NCBI GenBank assembly: GCA_963701185.1 | Contig: OY969569.1 | Span: forward strand, 245,735 to 309,734 | DNA: 64,000 nt | Reading direction: 5' to 3' | DNA from: Candidatus Gottesmanbacteria bacterium | GTDB taxonomy: Bacteria; Patescibacteriota; Microgenomatia; UBA10105; UBA927 | Shown here: in pieces, positions 56,803 to 64,000 of the stretch | Numbering within the stretch: position 1 is the stretch's first letter | Layout: each line of letters starts with the position of its first letter | Notes under the pieces: generated by a model | What the model was told of the DNA's origin: nothing | Databases searched by the model: none | What the model saw: only the letters and a program-made list of their open reading frames with translations | Program-made: the position numbers and the translations under genes

Positions 56803-57654
56803 ATGGCAAACATCCGTTTAATCAAAAACCGCATTAAGTCAGCAAAAAATATAGCCCAGATTACCAAAGCAATGGAATTGGTTTCCGCGTCTAAAATGCG
56901 TAAAGCCCAAGCTGAGGCCATCGCCGGCAAGCTGTACGCGCAAAAAATCCGTGATATGGTGTTTTCGCTTGCTTCCCGCGCCGATATCAGCAATCACCCG
57001 CTTCTGCGGAAGAATATCGCGGAAACACAAAAACATCTGGTAATCCTTATTTCTACAAATAAAGGATTGTGCGGAGGGTTAAACATTACGTTGTTCCGAT
57101 TCATGATGAAAGAGTACCCATCGTTGACCAATCTGGAATTTGTGTCGCTGGGAAAAAAAGGCACCAACTTTATTACCCAGACGCACGCAGTCCTCAAGGC
57201 AGATTTTTCGGCGAAAATTCCCTTTGTTGATTGCGTACCGGCCGTCACCCAGCTTTTGACCGAAGCATTTTTGCGTGGCGCAATATCCGGTGTTGATATT
57301 GTCTATAACGAATTCATTTCCGCATTACAGCAAATTCCACGTAAGAAAACCCTTTTACCGTTAACACTGAACGAACTGGCAGAAGAACAAACAAGCACTG
57401 AATTTCTCATCGAGCCGAGTGTGCGGGAAGTTTTTGACGCACTTCTTCCGCATTACTTGGAGAATCAGGTGCGGGATGCAGTTCTTCAGGCGAACGCAAG
57501 TGAACACAGCGCACGGATGGTCGCGATGCGCAGCGCGACAGACAACGCAATCTCATTTATGGAAGAGTTGACGCTGGTATACAACAAAGCCAGACAGGAA
57601 AAAATAACGTATGAAATATCCGATATGGTTACAGCGAGACTCGCGACTGAATAA
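56803..57654 (+). CDS. atpG: ATP synthase subunit gamma
   Basis: QITKAMELV, KGLCGG, SEHSARM, NKARQEKIT. Confidence 0.97.
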   Translation: MANIRLIKNRIKSAKNIAQITKAMELVSASKMRKAQAEAIAGKLYAQKIRDMVFSLASRADISNHPLLRKNIAETQKHLVILISTNKGLCGGLNITLFRFMMKEYPSLTNLEFVSLGKKGTNFITQTHAVLKADFSAKIPFVDCVPAVTQLLTEAFLRGAISGVDIVYNEFISALQQIPRKKTLLPLTLNELAEEQTSTEFLIEPSVREVFDALLPHYLENQVRDAVLQANASEHSARMVAMRSATDNAISFMEELTLVYNKARQEKITYEISDMVTARLATE

Positions 57655-57672
57655 TTAAATAAAAGGAGATAG

Positions 57673-59492
<1,820 letters not shown>

Positions 59493-59530
59493 CAGACTTG
59501 GGGACGGTGCGATACACTGGCTAACACCGT

Positions 59531-59989
59531 ATGAAAGTTAAAGATGTGATGAGTGCATCTACCGTTACCGTATCCCCGGCGGCTTCATTTCATGAAATAT
59601 GGAAATCCATATTTAAAAAGAAAATCCATGCGCTTCCCGTTGTTAACCAAAAGAACGTCCTTGTCGGTATTCTGACCCGCGAAGAGCTTTTAGAAAAATT
59701 GTACCCGGATTACATGGATTTGTTTGCCTCGGGCGACGAATTTCCGGATCTTGAGGATATGGAACGGAAGGCAACGGAATTTTCAAGTCTGACGGCAGCG
59801 GATCTCATGCGCAAACACGTCGTTTTTGCTCATGAAGATACACCGGTTATGCGGGCGCTTTCCCGCCTGATTGTACGCCGCATTCATCAGATGCCGGTTG
59901 TGACGGAAAAAGGTTTAGTGGTGGGAATGGTCACCAAAGGCGATATTTTTTATGCTCTTTTTAAAACACGCGGCAAAAACAAAAAGTAA
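59531..59989 (+). CDS. CBS-domain pair protein
   Basis: MKVKDVM, LPVVN..LVGILT, MPVV..VVGMVTKGD. Confidence 0.9.
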   Translation: MKVKDVMSASTVTVSPAASFHEIWKSIFKKKIHALPVVNQKNVLVGILTREELLEKLYPDYMDLFASGDEFPDLEDMERKATEFSSLTAADLMRKHVVFAHEDTPVMRALSRLIVRRIHQMPVVTEKGLVVGMVTKGDIFYALFKTRGKNKK

Positions 59990-60605
59990 TGTTATTTGTG
60001 TGTCTCATCCTCTGATTGCACATTCCCTTACGGTTCTACGTGATTACAGAACAACAACAGAAGAATTCCGGAGACACGCGGACATCGTATCAAAAATTAT
60101 CCTCATCGAAGCGATGAAACGCCTTTCAACGAACATCAAACGTATTAAAACCCCTCTGGCTCCGTTTGCAGGCAGGGAACTGAACGACAAAGTGATCGTT
60201 GTACCGGTACTCCGTGCAGGTCTTGCCATGCTTATTGCGCTTCGGGATTTTCTTCCTGCCGTGTCCGTCGGATTTATCGGACTCGAGCGCGACGAACAAA
60301 CCGCCCAGGCGAGGGAATATTATCAGAAAATGCCCGCAATATTTGCCTCGCATATTGTGATGGTAATCGATCCCATGCTGGCCACCGGCGGATCGTTTGA
60401 TGCTACCGTCGCCGCGCTCAAAAAGAGAGGGGCAAAACGAATGGTTGTTGTCTCTATCATATCGGCGCCGGAAGGCATAACATTTTTACAAAAACGGCAT
60501 CCTGACGTTCTCATTATTACCGGAGCTATCGATGATCATCTCAATCTAAAAAAGTTTATCGTACCGGGTTTGGGCGACTTCGGCGACCGCTACTTCGGAA
60601 CGTGA
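59952..60605 (+). CDS. upp: Uracil phosphoribosyltransferase
   Basis: PVLRAG, IDPMLATGGS, PGLGDFGDR. Confidence 0.96.
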   Translation: MLFLKHAAKTKSNVICVSHPLIAHSLTVLRDYRTTTEEFRRHADIVSKIILIEAMKRLSTNIKRIKTPLAPFAGRELNDKVIVVPVLRAGLAMLIALRDFLPAVSVGFIGLERDEQTAQAREYYQKMPAIFASHIVMVIDPMLATGGSFDATVAALKKRGAKRMVVVSIISAPEGITFLQKRHPDVLIITGAIDDHLNLKKFIVPGLGDFGDRYFGT

Positions 60606-60616
60606 AAAATTGACTC

Positions 60617-60789
60617 TTGACACACCGCTCATTCCTTGCGTAGACTATAACCCCAGGGACGCATACACAGATGAATACCTGGGATTATTCAGCACAACAA
60701 GCAATTTTTGCAAGCAAAAACGAAGTATCGGAGCCGCAAGGCTCTTTTTTTTGGGTTTTTTTCATATAAATGTTTATGTAAGGAGGGAT
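60617..60789 (+). promoter_or_regulatory. Promoter and structured leader with intrinsic terminator (candidate attenuator)
   Basis: TTGACA-18-TAGACT; CCCAGG/CCTGGG stem; GAGCC-GCAA-GGCTC + T8 at 60731-60752; uORF 60671-60769. Confidence 0.7.
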
Positions 60790-62409
60790 ATGCAAAAAGA
60801 TTCGTACACAAAAGTGTCATCATATGAAGGCAGGATCGGTGAAGTAAAAAAGGTGGTGCTTCTTTATTCCGGCGGGCTGGACACCTCCTGTATGCTGAAA
60901 TGGATCGGGGATACGTACAAAGCGGAAGTTATTGCGCTTACCATGGATTTGGGGCAACAGGGGGACGATTTGGAAGCAATACGGAAAAAAGCACTAAAGT
61001 TGGGAGCAACCAAAGCGTATGTCATTGACGCAAGAGATGAATTTGCAAATGAGTATCTTGCACCGCTTATTAAGGCAAACGGTTCCTACCAGGGTGATTA
61101 TCATATTTCCACAGTCAGCCGGTATCTCATGGCAAAATGGTGTGTGGTCATTGCGTATCGTGAAAAAGCGGATGCGATAGCCCACGGATGTACCGGGAAA
61201 GGAAACGACCAGGTACGCATTGACGCGACGGTACTTACTCTTGATCCGAATATGAAGATTATTGCGCCGGTGCGCGAGTGGAACATGAGCAGGGATGATG
61301 AAATTGATTATGCAAAAAAATACGGGATCCAAACAACCGTGCGGAAAGATTTTCCGTACTCAAGCGATGATAATATGTGGGGAGTAACGTGGGAAGGCGG
61401 AGAAATTGAAGATCCACAGTATATACCCAAAACAGACCGGTTTCTGATTGCAACAACATTGCTCAATAAAACCCCGAATACTCCGGACTACGTCACCATA
61501 GGATTTCAAAAGGGTATTCCCGTGACCTTGAATAAAAAACGGATGAAACTTTCCGAACTTATTATGCGGCTCAACCATATTGCGGGCCGCCACGGCGTGG
61601 GAGTCGTTCATCATCTGGAAGACAGACTCGTCGGACTAAAAAACCGCGGGGTCTATGAGTTGCCGGGAGGCCACACCATTATCGAGGCACACAGAAATTT
61701 GGAAAAATATGTGTGCACGCGTCAGGAAAACGAACTGAAAGCGATGATGGATATCCGATGGGGATACCTGTGTTATCTGGCGCAGTGGAGCGACCCCGTT
61801 ATGGCGGACCTCAACGCATTTAATGATAAAATCAACGAAAAGGTTGCCGGAGAGGTAACCGTACGGTTATATAAAGGGGCGGCGACAACCGTAGCCATGA
61901 CCTCGCCGTTCGGGCTTCACTTTGCTTCCTTTAACCAGGGGGAAGGGGCAGAGTATAACATACAAACTTCCGCGCCGTTTATAGAAACGTACAGCATGCA
62001 GCCCCGCCTGGCAGCACAGCGGGCGGAGAAGACAGCATTTATCTCCCTGGGGCCGAAGGATAAAAAACGGCTGCTGCCGAGTGTAAAGAAGCTTGCCCAG
62101 CTCGGGTATCAGCTTTTTGCGACGGACCAAACACACGTCTATTTAATGGAACAAGGTGTCACAAACCTGCTGGTTCATAAGCTCAGTTCCGGACAGCGGC
62201 CGAATCTGAAGGATGTGTTGTATACAAGAGGCTTTGATCTTATTATCAACACTCCCTCCGGTCACGGAAAATCTGAAGAAACCGACGGGAGCTTTATACG
62301 GAAGCGCGCTGTCGAAACTCATGCAACGCTCTGCACGCAATATGATGTTGCCGCACATGTCGTGGATAAACTCTATCAGGGGAAATTCGGCCGACCCCTG
62401 AAGACATAA
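60790..62409 (+). CDS. argG: Argininosuccinate synthase fused to a C-terminal MGS-like domain
   Basis: LYSGGLDTS, HGCTGKGNDQVR, YSSDDNMWG, RGVYELPG; tail AFISL..DK..GYQLFAT..LIINTP..DGSFIRKRAV; AGGAGG SD. Confidence 0.9.
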   Translation: MQKDSYTKVSSYEGRIGEVKKVVLLYSGGLDTSCMLKWIGDTYKAEVIALTMDLGQQGDDLEAIRKKALKLGATKAYVIDARDEFANEYLAPLIKANGSYQGDYHISTVSRYLMAKWCVVIAYREKADAIAHGCTGKGNDQVRIDATVLTLDPNMKIIAPVREWNMSRDDEIDYAKKYGIQTTVRKDFPYSSDDNMWGVTWEGGEIEDPQYIPKTDRFLIATTLLNKTPNTPDYVTIGFQKGIPVTLNKKRMKLSELIMRLNHIAGRHGVGVVHHLEDRLVGLKNRGVYELPGGHTIIEAHRNLEKYVCTRQENELKAMMDIRWGYLCYLAQWSDPVMADLNAFNDKINEKVAGEVTVRLYKGAATTVAMTSPFGLHFASFNQGEGAEYNIQTSAPFIETYSMQPRLAAQRAEKTAFISLGPKDKKRLLPSVKKLAQLGYQLFATDQTHVYLMEQGVTNLLVHKLSSGQRPNLKDVLYTRGFDLIINTPSGHGKSEETDGSFIRKRAVETHATLCTQYDVAAHVVDKLYQGKFGRPLKT

Positions 62410-63359
62410 TGAAGAATATTCTTATTTCGAAAATCAGACAGCGTGGCGGTTGGGTTAACACACATGCACACTTTGACCGCGCGTACACAGCGTCGCCCAA
62501 AATTCTTCTGAAAGCGCATGCGCTCATGGAGCAAAAATGGACAATGGTAGATGCCATGAAGAGAGCCTCTGCGGAAGAGGATTACGCGGTTCGTATTGAA
62601 AAAGCCGTGACCGGTATGATTTCCCAGGGGGTTTCTGTCTGTGGGACATTTATCGACGTAGATCCGCTTACGGAACTTCGGGCGCTGCATGCGGCGCTAT
62701 ACGTGAAAAAAAAGTATGCCGGAAAGATACGCCTGTTGATCATCAACCAAGTTCTGAAAGGAGTCATTAGCCCACGCGTCCGGCAATGGGCCTACAAGGC
62801 CATCCCGGATGTCGATATCATCGGAGGTTTGCCTTCCCGCGACCGTCCGGAGGATAAAAAACATCTGGACATTCTCTTTTCATGGGCAAAAGAAACCGGC
62901 AAAATGGTCCATGTGCATATCGATCAGGAAAATAATCCCGAAGAGCGGGATACCATGATGCTCGCCAAACGTACTATTACATATGGCTTGGAGGGCAGGG
63001 TTGTCGCCATACACGCGATTTCCCTTGCCGCGCAGAATAAGCGCGTACGAAAGGAGACATATCACGTCATGAAAGAGGCAGGCCTCTCCGTCATCGTTTG
63101 TCCGTCAGCAGCACTTTCCATGAAACCGGTTGCCGGTTTAAGCGAAATACACAACAGTATCGCACCCGTCGGAGAACTTTTGGAAGCAGGTATTCCTGTG
63201 GCCCTCGGAACGGACAATATTGCGGACATATACCAACCGCTGGTAGACGGAGACATGTATACGGAGTTGCGCTTTTTGGCGGAAGCGAACAGATTTTACG
63301 ATCTCAACGCTTTGGCGACTATCTCATCCGCACATGGGAGAAAGGCACTGGGGATCTGA
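62409..63359 (+). CDS. Metal-dependent amidohydrolase, cytosine-deaminase-like
   Basis: NTHAHFDRA, HVHID, AIHAISL, VALGTDN. Confidence 0.75.
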   Translation: MKNILISKIRQRGGWVNTHAHFDRAYTASPKILLKAHALMEQKWTMVDAMKRASAEEDYAVRIEKAVTGMISQGVSVCGTFIDVDPLTELRALHAALYVKKKYAGKIRLLIINQVLKGVISPRVRQWAYKAIPDVDIIGGLPSRDRPEDKKHLDILFSWAKETGKMVHVHIDQENNPEERDTMMLAKRTITYGLEGRVVAIHAISLAAQNKRVRKETYHVMKEAGLSVIVCPSAALSMKPVAGLSEIHNSIAPVGELLEAGIPVALGTDNIADIYQPLVDGDMYTELRFLAEANRFYDLNALATISSAHGRKALGI

Positions 63360-63362
63360 TCT

Positions 63363-64000
63363 ATGCAGCCGATCTATGACCCGCTAAAAACATATGAGGA
63401 AAATTGTGCACGCGGTCCGTTTGGATTGTTTTCCGGAAAACCCGCAAAAAAATTTCCACAGGGTCAACAAGTCAATTTATTAGGGTTTTCTCTGGACGTT
63501 CCGTTCGGTATAGGCGCCGGAACGTTACCCACCTCTAAATTTGTCACAGCCGCATGGCGGTGGGGATTTAGTATCGCGACCTATAAGACCGTTCGGTCCG
63601 ACGCGCAGTCAGCTCATCCGTTTCCGAATATTGTTAAAGTACGCACAAAAAACGGTGAGGTTCATCCCGGAGAGACGGTACTTGCTGATTTTGATATCCG
63701 GCATGTCAATATCGACCGGGACGGAATAACCAATTCGTTCGCCGTGCCGTCACAACAACCGGCTCAGTGGATTGCGGATGCCGCCAAAGCGCAGAAAACA
63801 CCGCACAAAGGCTCGGTGATGATTTTAAGTTTTATGGGCACCAAATGGGAGGGAAAAGACCGCAGGAATTTTGTTGATGATTTTACCCGCTGCTGTCGCC
63901 TTGCGCGCCGCGCCCACCCCGATATTCTTGAGGTTAATTTATCCTGTCCGAATTTCGGCGCGGAGGGTTTAGTGTGTAATGACATACCGATGTCGCGTGA
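63363..64000 (+). CDS. Dihydroorotate/dihydropyrimidine dehydrogenase-like flavoprotein (runs off the window)
   Basis: Read by hand: MQPIYDPLKTYEEN..PFGIGAG..TYKTVRS..ITNSF..LEVNLSCPN. Confidence 0.75.
   Translation, partial: MQPIYDPLKTYEENCARGPFGLFSGKPAKKFPQGQQVNLLGFSLDVPFGIGAGTLPTSKFVTAAWRWGFSIATYKTVRSDAQSAHPFPNIVKVRTKNGEVHPGETVLADFDIRHVNIDRDGITNSFAVPSQQPAQWIADAAKAQKTPHKGSVMILSFMGTKWEGKDRRNFVDDFTRCCRLARRAHPDILEVNLSCPNFGAEGLVCNDIPMSR

Noticed and set aside
60610-60789. 60-aa N-terminal extension of ArgG in the ORF track
   Set aside because: Region holds a promoter and terminator; ArgG homology and SD point to ATG 60790

Overview
A gene-dense bacterial chromosomal segment in standard code 11. 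Gene content and protein style suggest Patescibacteria/CPR, probably Microgenomates (inference). Housekeeping content: a cell-wall/division cluster (femX-like, dgkA, mraY, murI, murD, ftsW, murG, ftsQ, frameshifted ftsA, ftsZ), ileS-rodA-rplU-MTase-rpmA-parB, lepB, four tRNAs, polX, lemA-htpX, murT-gatD, gatCAB, a GGDEF protein, dnaE, a complete F-type ATP synthase operon, upp, and an argG-MGS / cytosine-deaminase-like / DHODH-like operon. Accessory content: a GH130-like cluster, a block of secreted-protein genes (14.7-18.7 kb) and a surface-glycan locus (26-39 kb) with an AT-rich core. Most notable signals: (1) a cassette-like array of three secreted-protein genes, each with a strong SD and a homologous 30-38 bp hairpin, two sharing a C-terminal Cys-pair motif, headed by a leaderless uORF/terminator leader; (2) short palindromes in frame inside protein genes (GT2, ftsZ, perhaps murG), plus a REP/dRS3-like intergenic element and heptamer arrays; (3) a candidate pyrimidine-sensing attenuator upstream of argG; (4) pervasive leaderless promoters and CDSs starting immediately after CCA-less tRNAs. 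All calls were made by eye, without database searches.
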